Positions 54,501 to 62,490 of a DNA stretch of 64,000 nt are shown here, piece by piece. The position numbers and the translations under genes were made by a program. Source of the stretch: Phoronis australis (taxonomy: Eukaryota; Animalia; Phoronida). The stretch spans positions 124,001 to 188,000 of the forward strand of contig NMRA01000138.1 of NCBI GenBank assembly GCA_002633005.1. Direction: 5' to 3'. How positions within the stretch are numbered: position 1 is the stretch's first letter; each line of letters starts with the position of its first letter. Under the pieces are notes generated by a model, which saw only the letters and a list, made by a program, of their open reading frames with translations, was not told the DNA's origin and did no database searches.

Positions 54501-57500
54501 TATTTCCGTCAGTACACAATGAACTGTTTGCTATTCCAGGTAAATCAAGAGTCTAATGAACAGGTAATTTAATGGCCAGAGATTCTAAACCAATTGGTTG
54601 GAGAGAATCAGGACATGGGTCTGATTATATCAACTGATGACACCAATTACTGCTGGAATTTTGTTGACTGGATGATTAGGAATTACCAATTTCCTAATGG
54701 CTCTATAATGTTGTAAAATGAAATTCCCAGGGAATGGCTGAAGTTAAAATCCCATCTCATCTTGGCAGTCAATGATTAAGTTTTCCTTAACATATCCTAT
54801 GAGTAATTAAATGACTGGTTTCGTCAGAAATGTGTTTATGCTTTAACATGGAAAGGAATGCAGCAATCAATTCCAGTAACAACAGGTAATAACGGTACTT
54901 AAATTAATATCTTATTGGATAACTTAATAATTAACGAGGTCTACAAACATTGTAGGTTTATGCAATAGAGAACTGAAGATTTTCAGCTCAAGAAATTGTT
55001 AGGATTCTGAATTCCTTGATTGAATGCCAAGATTAGTTTCTGGTCAGAATCACAGAGTAATATAAGCAAAGCAGATGCCAAATCACAATTAGTGTTCAAA
55101 AGCTTATTAAATCTTTCAGTCAGAATCTATCGCGGATTCATTTATTTCCAAGAAAACGCCCATGAGGATTATAAGCACAGATTTTAATTAAGTACTTGAA
55201 TTAGATCATCATTAAAACAGCTTGCAAAGGGGAGCCTTTGAAAGCAAAGATTTTGAGAACCAATTTGGTGTTCGCTTTTCAGTAGAGAAAAATGGTTCTC
55301 AAAATGCAGGACCCTTGTAAGTGACTAACACCCTTTCGTGAGTAGTGAAAATGCCAGAAATGTCGTATTCCTTAGCAGCTAGAGTTACTACAAACCCTGC
55401 TTTCATTTTTGCTAGCACTTTTCTAGCCAGATGACTTACCGCTACTTCAAGGACACACATGCACAAAGGAAGGAGACTTGTGTTTATTACCTGTTGTTAG
55501 GTTCATCAATTCAATGCAGAAAATGAACATGATTTGACATTAATTTGCTCCTTAAAAGCGATTCGAGTGGCGAGGAAACAAACTAACCATTTTAAACGCT
55601 AGCATTTTCACTACTGCAAAACTGGTAGCGTTTTAACCACTCATGTGAACTATGACCCTGCACACAGTTCTGGCCAATAAAATATTGTTTACTTTCCAGT
55701 TTCTAACGGTGCTATCCAAAAATACAAAGTTGCGTTTCACATTTTCCTACAACACTGCACATCAGTGACACAATTTTTCAGTCTCGTATTCACATTCAAC
55801 AGTCATCTAGGCCGTGTTATATAGAGCAAGTTTCACGTGAGTTTAGGAAGGATTCATGGGAGTGAAAGGTGAGTGTAAGCTTAGGACCTTACTCATGACA
55901 CTACCAAAATGCTGGCCACTGAATTGTTTGGTCGGCGTTGAAATGCTGAATTATGGGGTGTAATTCATGGTTTCTTTTCTACCAGCAAGCCCCCTACCAG
56001 TGCCAAGCAAGCTCTTGTGTTTATGGAACATGCAAACGAATGCTCAGTTTTGTATCAAACTACACTAAACATTCTATCATGGCAAAGGAAGTTTTAATGC
56101 TACTTGTTGAGTTGTAAAGCAGAGTGATTTTAGAAAATTTTAATATGCTTGTCAAGTACTGGTGCCAGAGCCTTCTAAGCTTACCTAGTAAACTAAATAA
56201 GGCCAGACACCTCTACCTCATAATCAATATGATTTGCACCATAAAGCTGTCAAAAATAGCATTTAGTGAAACTTTGATTGCAGGGAAAAATGACAAGTAA
56301 TGGAACAATTACAGATGATTTCTTAACAACTGCAAAAGTTCACAAATATTATGGTCTAAACAGCATTTTCTCTCAAATAGACGAAGGACAAAGGCAAAGC
56401 AAAAACCAAAATTTGCACTGAACACGCAGAGGCTACCACAAAATGTAATATTTGCTGCACAATGTAAACATACAGCAATAAATTTTTCAATGTCCCATTA
56501 TCTCTGTTGGACAGACATCAACCAACAATAAAATCCACCTTTACTACAAGTTATGTTATCATTTGAATGTCAGCTGCCCCAGGACAGTTATCAAACATTA
56601 TTACAACCAAATCAAAACATTATTCTACAATCCCAGGGCAACTTAGTCTGGATAAAAACTTTTGAAGTATTTGCTGAGTAAACCAAATCGACTAGCAAAA
56701 AGTATGACTCTATGCAGCTTGATGCATTCAGTACGAGGTCTATTCCAACAGTTACAAAAAAGCTTGAGGCAAACAGTAAGTGTGAATCCTTTTTTAAAGA
56801 ATAAATGAATGGGTCTAGTCAACAAGAAAAACAAAACTTAGATCAGAAGGAATAGCATCAGTCAATGATCCAAGAACGTCATAGCGAGCAAATGTCACAT
56901 CACCAGATGGACAAAAAATACCAACAAAGGAGGTTGATGACAATCGAATGTTGTAGTCAACAAATGAATATTACTAATAAATTGAACTTATAAAATCTGA
57001 CTGCACAAAGAAATTTAAGATTTTTTTGTTCAAGTGACTAGAGCAACTGAAGGACGGTTTGATCGCACTACTACACCCAAAATATGAGGGAATTGCCCTG
57101 TTACACAAAGTATTCAGAAACACAGCAGCAAAATGACGTCAATTTGTATCACGTGACAAGCATGACAAATAGCACGAATATTGAGAAATCACACTGTTTG
57201 CCTTTAACACTAAAGATGAACCAAATTCACAGAATTTTTTGGTGAGTAAATATGGCTGGTGGCCTGGTGGGATCACCTTGAAACTGGTCGCCACATGACA
57301 TACGTAGTCTAATAAACTATGCCAGGCAAAGTGCTGATAGGAATTACATTGCCACAGTCAATTGAACATAACTGGATGAGCTACTTTAAACATGATTATT
57401 TCCTATCCTCGCCTCAACGAAATTGCAGATGGTGGACTAAAATCAATGGATTTCCACGATAATGTTCTAAGGTGAGGCACAGGTGAAGCTGAGTGAAATT

Positions 57501-58876
57501 AAGATTTCCTCAGTATGAAAAATGGTGGAGGCAGCGGCCTATTACAAATCAATCAACACAACAGATTCTACACACACCATAAAAACTATGGCAGTACATT
57601 TTACTATTTCTGTGCTTACAAGACGTACTCTTATTTTGTAGCCCATGATAAATCTCATTAAGGAACAGGGACTTATCACCACTAATATGGGTCACAAATG
57701 AGTGGGTAGAACCCAGATATATGAACTTGGGTATGTCATGACTGTTGCCAGTAATATGGTACATATAAAAACAATCTACCAGTTGACAGGACTGCTTGAG
57801 TAACCTTACATCCCCTTCTAGGATTTAACCAATGAAAGGAGATAAATATGAATAAGCTAGAAAACAATGCAAACATGTGACTGAATCACACGCTAGCCAT
57901 TTTTTGGACGATAGGAATTTTGGACAGAGCCCAACTCCAGTTTCTTTCTGTCCTAACATAGTGCTGAGACAGAAAACCATCTTCAGAGCCACTTGACAAC
58001 TTGAAGTACAGACAGCAAGGCTAGACTGGTGGAATTCCGACATAGCCATGTTGGCAGCCTACTTAGAAACTGTTACAACTATAGTAATAGTGTGTGCTGC
58101 CACAAGAAGACAAAGTGGATAGTACAACCCTTTGCTGATCTTGCAATTAAAAGATGCAACTTAAAACACCATTTAGTATTGAGAAAATTTACTCCTGAAA
58201 GTTCCCTGGGATCCAAAACCTCAAATTCAAATGCACAGGCACTTTAGCAATTCTCAATGTTTTACTTGAGCAGTTTCGTTAAGATGGTAACATTTTCGAT
58301 TTTTGCCAACATATAAAGACTGAACAAGAACTAACAGGCGTAACATAACCCACTAGTAAGTTGGGGGTTCCCTGCAAATGTCTGCCCTGTTAATGAAATA
58401 AACATGTGTACATCTGGACATAGTTAAACCCAAACTACCAAGACAAAGAAAGTCTCAAGAAATAACATCCTACCAATCTCACTTCACATATGATAAAATC
58501 TCACACAAGTTATGGACAATTATAAACTTCTTTCTTCATTTTCAGCAAATTCTAGCATTGTTGTGAATACCTTATACTAAGGTATGGTACAGAACTTAAA
58601 ATGATATCAAGAATTGCTTTGGCAGAACTTATAACAGAAGGGAGGAGAATCGGAAATTTCACTTTTCTGCCATGTTTGGTCCTAAATTGGAGATTTTATC
58701 ATAAACGCAGATTTCGCATGACTGCTGATTTAACAAAATAGCCGCTGGTTTGTACTCACCATTTCTTGTGATGCGTAGATCGGAGATGATCGATCGAAGG
58801 AGGAGTAAGCGTAATCCACACTAAAACTCCTGATCTTCTCACGACTGTCTGCCACATCCGTCTGATGAGTGTCAAG
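410..58876 (-). CDS. STARD9: Partial multi-exon gene (21 exons in window, open at both ends): kinesin-3 motor protein, STARD9/KIF16A-like; motor + neck coil + FHA + coiled coil + long disordered tail
   Basis: Hand-spliced exons join in frame through GT-AG introns (5797 nt). Kinesin motifs [64 protein letters not shown] and ETLNTLRYA are present, followed by the kinesin-3 pre-FHA LPHLIG motif and an FHA domain. GITPR, His at the switch I Asn position, ERANPHY and the Ser-rich loop-12 insert match STARD9 better than KIF16B (recalled, not searched). Kinesin-3/KIF16 identity is near certain; the STARD9 symbol is less so. Confidence 0.85.
806..1020. mobile_element. Foldback/MITE-like repeat, copy 1, with an internal 63-bp tandem duplication
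   Basis: Outer inverted arms atggctgca..tgactttgct (806-836) and agcgaagtca..tgcaaccac (990-1020). Inner hairpin acaggctaagacat..gattggt (909-931) and accaatcggatgtcttagcctgt (958-980). A 63-bp unit starts at 840 and 903. Related copy at 15112. Confidence 0.65.
1222..1338 (-). CDS. STARD9: Exon 20 ([38 protein letters not shown])
   Basis: 117 nt, phase 2/2. Acceptor ttttttcAG, donor GTGGGC. Within ORF 1176..1361. Confidence 0.85.
1654..2878 (-). CDS. STARD9: Exon 19, large disordered-tail exon ([19 protein letters not shown]...[10 protein letters not shown])
   Basis: 1225 nt, phase 1/2. Acceptor ctattttAG, donor GTGAGT. Extends ORF 1650..2747 upstream without a stop. Confidence 0.91.
3750..5461 (-). 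CDS. STARD9: Exon 18, large exon encoding disordered S/K/D/E-rich tail
   Basis: 1712 nt, phase 2/1. Acceptor tgtttgcAG, donor GTATGA. Within the 588-aa ORF 3730..5496. Confidence 0.92.
6720..7158 (-). CDS. STARD9: Exon 17, coiled coil ([15 protein letters not shown]...AQTERLR)
   Basis: 439 nt, phase 1/2. Acceptor tatgttccAG, donor GTTAGT. Within ORF 6698..7240. Confidence 0.9.
7518..7738 (-). CDS. STARD9: Exon 16, E/R/K/Q-rich coiled coil ([16 protein letters not shown]...[10 protein letters not shown])
   Basis: 221 nt, phase 2/1. Acceptor catttgtAG, donor GTGAGT. ORF 7510..7731. Confidence 0.92.
10036..10093. repeat. 26-bp tandem duplication
   Basis: tgactttgagctgtcaacagactttc, about 2.2 copies. 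Confidence 0.85.
12151..12379. repeat. Minisatellite, 55-56 bp unit, 4 copies
   Basis: ataatttaacaggga(a)caccagccagtggtaacctcacataccatctcaactatgt; units start at 12151, 12207, 12263 and 12318. Confidence 0.97.
14412..14465 (-). CDS. STARD9: Exon 15 ([17 protein letters not shown])
   Basis: 54 nt, phase 2/2. Acceptor attttctAG, donor GTAAGA. Completes NPGLELERQQ across the junction. Confidence 0.88.
15112..15263. mobile_element. Foldback/MITE-like repeat, copy 2
   Basis: Shares ggctaagac..gattggttttcga..accaatc.gatgtct.agc and the tggNtgca outer arms with 806-1020. Confidence 0.6.
16367..16607 (-). CDS. STARD9: Exon 14, FHA end ([27 protein letters not shown]...SPLIMFNP)
   Basis: 241 nt, phase 1/2. 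Acceptor ggttttcAG, donor GTGAGT. FRFN.P.EAA.LR motif. Confidence 0.94.
17207..17396 (-). CDS. STARD9: Exon 13, FHA domain ([63 protein letters not shown])
   Basis: 190 nt, phase 0/1. Acceptor attttgtAG, donor GTAAGT. Confidence 0.95.
18653..18928. repeat. Minisatellite, 40 bp unit, about 7 copies
   Basis: catgacctgacatatgccagNaaggtattcaggctcagac repeated head to tail. Confidence 0.97.
19489..19686 (-). CDS. STARD9: Exon 12, CC1 to FHA ([21 protein letters not shown]...[29 protein letters not shown])
   Basis: 198 nt, phase 0/0. Acceptor atttacAG, donor GTATAG. KIF16-type [16 protein letters not shown]...YHLK. Confidence 0.95.
20444..20515 (-). CDS. STARD9: Exon 11, CC1 ([24 protein letters not shown])
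   Basis: 72 nt, phase 0/0. Acceptor ttcttgcAG, donor GTAGGT. EKL..NE motif as in kinesin-3 CC1. Confidence 0.85.
23981..24060. repeat. Minisatellite, 20 bp unit, 4 copies
   Basis: agccatgtggcctgtgggca x4 with one substitution. Confidence 0.97.
24804..24881 (-). CDS. STARD9: Exon 10, neck coil ([26 protein letters not shown])
   Basis: 78 nt, phase 0/0. Acceptor tttttgcAG, donor GTAAGT. Kinesin-3 D.N..(L/I)IRELR.EI..LK motif. Confidence 0.93.
26170..26267 (-). CDS. STARD9: Exon 9, helix 6 and neck linker ([32 protein letters not shown])
   Basis: 98 nt, phase 1/0. Acceptor gtttttgtAG, donor GTAAAC. Confidence 0.95.
27124..27372 (-). CDS. STARD9: Exon 8, loop-12 insert and helix 5 ([17 protein letters not shown]...[27 protein letters not shown])
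   Basis: 249 nt, phase 1/1. Acceptor ctctcttcttctAG, donor GTAGGT. Overlaps ORF 27092..27337. Confidence 0.93.
27373..27580 (-). repeat. Two degenerate tandem copies of the acceptor and 5' part of exon 8
   Basis: 27421-27486 aligns without gaps to 27316-27381 (offset 105). A more decayed third copy lies at about 27511-27580. Confidence 0.85.
28020..28129 (-). CDS. STARD9: Exon 7, loop 11/helix 4 ([36 protein letters not shown])
   Basis: 110 nt, phase 2/1. Acceptor ttcattacAG, donor GTAAGT. Confidence 0.95.
28507..28574 (-). CDS. STARD9: Exon 6, switch II ([22 protein letters not shown])
   Basis: 68 nt, phase 0/2. Acceptor cgtttcAG, donor GTAAGT. Confidence 0.95.
29945..30160. repeat. Interspersed repeat family, copy 1, with CTCF-like ccactagatggcga
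   Basis: Collinear with 41986-42205: cactagatggcgatag, tgtatggaYttaatgca, tttttataaattctttg, attcaaat. Ends approximate. Confidence 0.75.
31594..32845. mobile_element. Non-autonomous Tc1/mariner-superfamily (Tc2/pogo-like) DNA element, about 1.25 kb
   Basis: Termini CCGTAAA and TTTACGG with TA on the right and CA on the left. Subterminal motif gtaatcgccca occurs 5 times, 3 near the left end and 2 near the right, and a ccaacttttgccaa block occurs at both ends. CpG-richer than flanks. No transposase ORF. Confidence 0.65.
33137..33279 (-). CDS. STARD9: Exon 5, switch I ([47 protein letters not shown])
   Basis: 143 nt, phase 1/0. Acceptor tgattcAG, donor GTATTG. Confidence 0.95.
33461..33492 (-). 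repeat. Duplicate of the 3' end and donor of exon 4
   Basis: ctactcaccctgtacatgtggaccctctttgg versus ctactcaccctgtacatatggtccctctttgg at 33510-33541: 30/32 identical, offset 49. Confidence 0.92.
33518..33636 (-). CDS. STARD9: Exon 4 ([39 protein letters not shown])
   Basis: 119 nt, phase 2/1. Acceptor ctgcttgcAG, donor GTGAGT. Kinesin-3 VREHP..GPYV motif. Confidence 0.95.
34016..34110 (-). CDS. STARD9: Exon 3 ([31 protein letters not shown])
   Basis: 95 nt, phase 0/2. Acceptor ttcgctttAG, donor GTGAGT. Kinesin GIxPR helix motif. Confidence 0.93.
34502..34618 (-). CDS. STARD9: Exon 2, P-loop ([39 protein letters not shown])
   Basis: 117 nt, phase 0/0. Acceptor tgtttcAG, donor GTAAGT. Lies within ORF 34436..34657. 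Confidence 0.96.
34858..35043. mobile_element. Foldback element with about 75-bp imperfect arms
   Basis: 34858-34935 (catgcattacaac..catgtgatca..tagctttttt.gcaag..gtctacagaac) is the inverted complement of 34969-35043. Confidence 0.7.
35011..35223. repeat. Minisatellite, 41 bp unit, about 5.2 copies
   Basis: catatgttgaggttgtaatgcatggtg(a/t)catctcatcaagt. Confidence 0.97.
38858..39065. repeat. Adjacent tandem duplications: 59 bp x2 (38858-38982) and 37-40 bp x2 (38984-39065)
   Basis: gagagtaggtatcccaaaattaatttttattgtcaagttatgaaagcattctccgactt twice, then agaatggacttagtt..ctatcgtcagtacYgctc twice. Confidence 0.93.
39782..40133. mobile_element. PIF/Harbinger-like MITE, copy 1
   Basis: Left end agtgctgtccacacacagacttaccctagaacaa, inverted right end ttgttctaaggtagcctgtgtgtg..gcgct. 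Internal blocks (ggtagggtaacttgttcta, gtaattatcagct, gtcatgcacagaa, acgctccactt) are shared with 61503-61911. Confidence 0.75.
41492..41657. repeat. Minisatellite, 18-20 bp unit, about 8 copies
   Basis: gttagtggacatgggtgtgc and gatagtggacatggtgtgg variants. Explains the repetitive peptides of ORFs 41285..41611 and 41601..41792. Confidence 0.95.
41986..42205. repeat. Interspersed repeat family, copy 2
   Basis: Same conserved blocks as 29945-30160, same orientation. Ends approximate. Confidence 0.75.
46738..46887. mobile_element. Head-to-tail dimer of a roughly 73-bp hAT-like MITE with 5-bp flanking repeat CGACA
   Basis: TIRs catgggcggcgcaccac and gtgctgcgctgcccatg (15/17). cgaca at 46733-46737 and 46888-46892. 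Units 46738-46810 and 46814-46887 each contain agccccc..actt.tttcagtgct. Confidence 0.75.
52018..52515. mobile_element. PIF/Harbinger-like non-autonomous element
   Basis: TIRs ggccttttcatactgac and gttagtatgaaaggctc (13/17). Flanks taa and tat. Internal cgttca(t/c)actg x3 and a duplicated taacttcgat..ggacc.aagtt block. CpG-rich. Confidence 0.65.
58760..58876 (-). CDS. STARD9: Exon 1 in window, motor N-part ([39 protein letters not shown])
   Basis: 117 nt, phase 0/0. Acceptor ttgttttaAG, donor GTGAGT. The DSREK..F..DY.Y.S....YASQE motif is typical of KIF16. Not in the supplied ORF track. Confidence 0.9.
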
Positions 58877-61502
58877 CTTAAAACAAGCATTAAAATTTCA
58901 GTGAATTTTATTAATGAACAAGACAATTGACTCTGGTTGGATACTTCAAATTTCTGTTTTTACTAACCTTGAGATTGGGCCAAATATACTTCCTTCCAGA
59001 GAACTTAGTGAGTGGGGATTATACTTTTAACAGATAAGGGAACAAATATTTCGAGCTGTGTTTATTATTAAGCAGGTTTTTCAAGGATTAAGACCCACCA
59101 CTGGTGAAGCGAAAGGTCATTGAGCTTCTTGCATGAAAATCTTGGCTGATGCATCGCCATGTGGATAGATATGGGTGCCATGTTTCTCTTACAATTCCAA
59201 CAAGAAGCATACAAGGGTATAAATGAATCCCAACTCCGTTCAAACCATCTGATGAAAATGTAATAATACTAATTTAATAAAAATAGGTTTGTCAAAAAAT
59301 AGTTTAATTCGTAACGATTTGCACCGCACTCAATACTGAAAGAAGAATCCTGACCCATTTTAGCTGGCAACAGGTGATGCTTAGGAAACAAGAAGAATCC
59401 GGATTCATTTTAACTGGCATCAAGTGACTTTTTCTTTTGGAAAACATGGGAACTACAAAAATACCCCCATCATTGCATCAGTTTTCCCAAAAAAAAAAAC
59501 AAAGACCAGAACCATTTCCCTGAACATTTAGGAATATTTTAATTAACACATGGTGGTAACAAACTGAGTAAAAACAACATCAGTTTTTGAGGCAATGGAT
59601 CATAACTGCGAAATAGTTTTGCAAATTACAAATGCTCTGGCACTGTTAATTCCAGTATTGAATGAAACACCAACCTACTACAGTACTACTTATACAGGTG
59701 TTTCCAATAAACCATGGCACTGAAGTAGTGTAAAATACAGATGACCAGAGAGGAACTCCTCAACAGTCATCAGGCCAGCTTACATTGAGCCACAGGGAAG
59801 TGTGTGAATGTGACCTAGTTAAACAACAGAAATATGCCAGGAGAGAGGAGGGTGACAAAGGGAACTGTCACCCACAAAACTGAAGCAATAATAACAAGCC
59901 CTGTAAACAGACTGCAGGGCTGCATTTGTATCATTCGAACAGAGACACTAGCCTGCACTTGCCACGAGAAATCATCACATATGGAATGTAAACAGTGAAT
60001 TCTATATCATAATTTATGAACTGAATTCAACACTCCAACCTCACTGACCAATCACTACAGTGGGGGCCATTTCGCTTGGTTTCGCTTGTAAGGTCAAGAT
60101 CATACTTGCAAAACACTCGCCTCCCACTTACGTGATTTTTTGTGGTCATGTGTGATCTCGCTTTCCTCGCAAGAAACTTGGTCTACGGAATGTTACTCCG
60201 GTGAAAGTGGCCAGACATGGAACTACTAGTACAACACACTCCTTGCTACTAGTACATATATACTTCGTACTTCAACCTACTTTTACTTCATGCATCTTAT
60301 GTTTCACACCCAACACAAATAGTTTCAATAAAAATTAAAGAGACATGGAAATTGAGTCAAGCCAGATAAGAAAATCTAGGGCAAACAAAAACAAAACTAA
60401 CAATAACAAATGAACAATAACAAGATTTCAATCCTAAATTGTTCATGTTGGCTGAAAATGTGACTGATGGCAATAAGCGAGATGATTACCCACTAAGTTT
60501 AATGCTTACAAAACCAATCAATTTCTTAGGACTACCACACCCCTGACTGCTAATCTCCATGTACTTGTTAGAATGCATTGATAACCCAGTGGTTCAAAAA
60601 CATGGCCCAGTTCAGGCCAAAACAGAAGGGCACTAACCACAGGCATGTGTTTCAGAGGGCTCAAGTTTCAATATGTACAAAATACAACCAAGGATGATTC
60701 CAATCTCTACAATTTGTCTTTTCTTGAAAATTTTCAAAACATTTTTGCCAAAAAATAGAACCTTAGTACTTGGTAGTAACAGCAGGAACTACTAATGCTC
60801 AATTTTGGAGGCATGTGGTCAGTCCCACTAAAACACTTACAAACCTGAAAAGTGGGGGTAGCTATAATGTAAACCCAAAAACTAACATTGCAACATGAAT
60901 GAAATTCAATCAACATTCAATGGTCTTCATCACTGAGAGCTCTCACCCAGTAGTTGAAGTCACTTTAGGGAAGCCTTGTTAAATGTTTGGTCAAATCCAG
61001 AGGCATTATCCCCCAGAGTAACACAGGTAACCTTTGAGCATGAAAAGGTTATATGCATTAGAGGAAGATGTCTAGGTATATCTTAACTAGATTTTCCCCC
61101 TGAAAACAAATAAAGGGGAGTCCTGGGTATTGCTAGGCCATACCTGAATGCCAATATTATCTCTTAATCTAAGTACATTGTCTACCATGATTGAAAAAAC
61201 CTGGTAACTTTAGCCAGGTATGTAATGTTATACTCCTCTTAGAAAGTCTAATTTGTTCACTGTTGAATGCAAGCCAAGAGAGCTGGGAACAGCATTAACT
61301 AAACTGGAGTTGTACTTCATGTACGGTAGTATGTGATAAGAACTAATTTGAAACTAAGACATTTTGACAACTAAAAGGATTGAATATCATTCACTCCATG
61401 TCAGAAGTATTGCTTTAAACGTCTATAAAGCAATACATATCGAACAAAAGCATGAAAATACAAAAATATGGGAACTTTTTTGAAATTTGTTCATTCAACT
61501 AA

Positions 61503-61911
61503 AGTGCCATCCACACACAGACTTACCCCAGAACAAGACACTCCTGGAACAAGTTGTCGCTACATTTGAGTGCTGTCTGGACAATTTAAACTATTGTAGC
61601 TTAACTTAACCAACTCGTGACAACTTACTTCATCATATCAAGGTAGGGTAACTTGTTCTAAGGTAACTTGTTCTAAGGTAACTTGCACCACTTGTAATCT
61701 CTGTGTGGTCACAAAAAGGGGGTGGGGTGTAAGTAATTATCAGCTACGGTTACATACACGCCACACTCGCATCAGGTGTTCATTGTCATGCACAGAACGA
61801 CAACTTCCACCTTACTGTTATCGGATATGAGTGTGTGTACGCTCCACTTAAAAGTGGCATAAGTTGCACTAGCGCAAGTTGTTTTAGGGTTGGCTGAGTA
61901 TGGACAGAACT
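61503..61911. mobile_element. PIF/Harbinger-like MITE, copy 2, with TAA target-site duplication
   Basis: TIRs agtgccatccacac and gtatggacagaact (10/14). TAA at 61500-61502 and 61912-61914. Homologous to 39782-40133. Confidence 0.8.
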
Positions 61912-62116
61912 TAAGTCTACGTTGTATTAAACTGTCTTCTACAAAAGTAAAAATGCAAGATCACAAAAAACACAGTTAAAGGACTAATTGCCATATTTCA
62001 ACATAGTGCAACACAATTGCATGGTCATCAACTGAAGACAGAGTAATGGGTGTTCAAATGTGCAAGGCCACCTACCTTGAACACAAATTTTACAGGTGTA
62101 GAATTACACAGCATTT

Positions 62117-62490
62117 CAGGGTCCTCCTTCACTTGATGGGAAAGGTGCCTGTGCCTTCTGAGAGGACATTTTTTGGGTGAGGGAAAATTCTACCCTCCCC
62201 CATCATCACTATCAACAGCATCCCCCAACCCTGTCACCAGCCCTCATCACCAGCCCTCATCACCAGCCCTCATAGGCTCTGCTTCAAGTAGCCAAAACTA
62301 ACATTTTGTGCTGTTTCAAATTGTTGCCTGTGTAAGTTACAAGCGACTTCAACCTGAAGGGAAATTTTCTAATCACCTGAGAGGAAGTTTTGGACCTCAA
62401 GGGGGAATTTCGCATGATTTTTCAATATTTTATGTTCAGAGGGTAATGGAGCCCATACTCTACCCCAAAATCTTGGGATTGAGGGCCCTG
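62117..62490. mobile_element. hAT-like non-autonomous element with 5-bp flanking repeat CATTT
   Basis: TIRs cagggtcctc and gagggccctg (9/10). cattt at 62112-62116 and 62491-62495. Internal tcaccagccctca x3. Confidence 0.65.

Noticed and set aside
36925-55640. Probable shared repeat at about 36925-37325 and 55330-55640 (tagcgtttt motifs), plus a short match between 26870 and 55272
   Set aside because: Likely old transposon fragments, but I could not define ends, TIRs or target duplications, so they are not annotated.
58968-59003. Possible upstream motor exon ending ...PNLK/GTTAGT
   Set aside because: An in-frame TAA lies about 50 nt upstream, the acceptor is poor, and FSGRKYIWP does not resemble the expected strand. 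The first exons, with the start and VRVRP motif, were not found and are probably beyond 64000.
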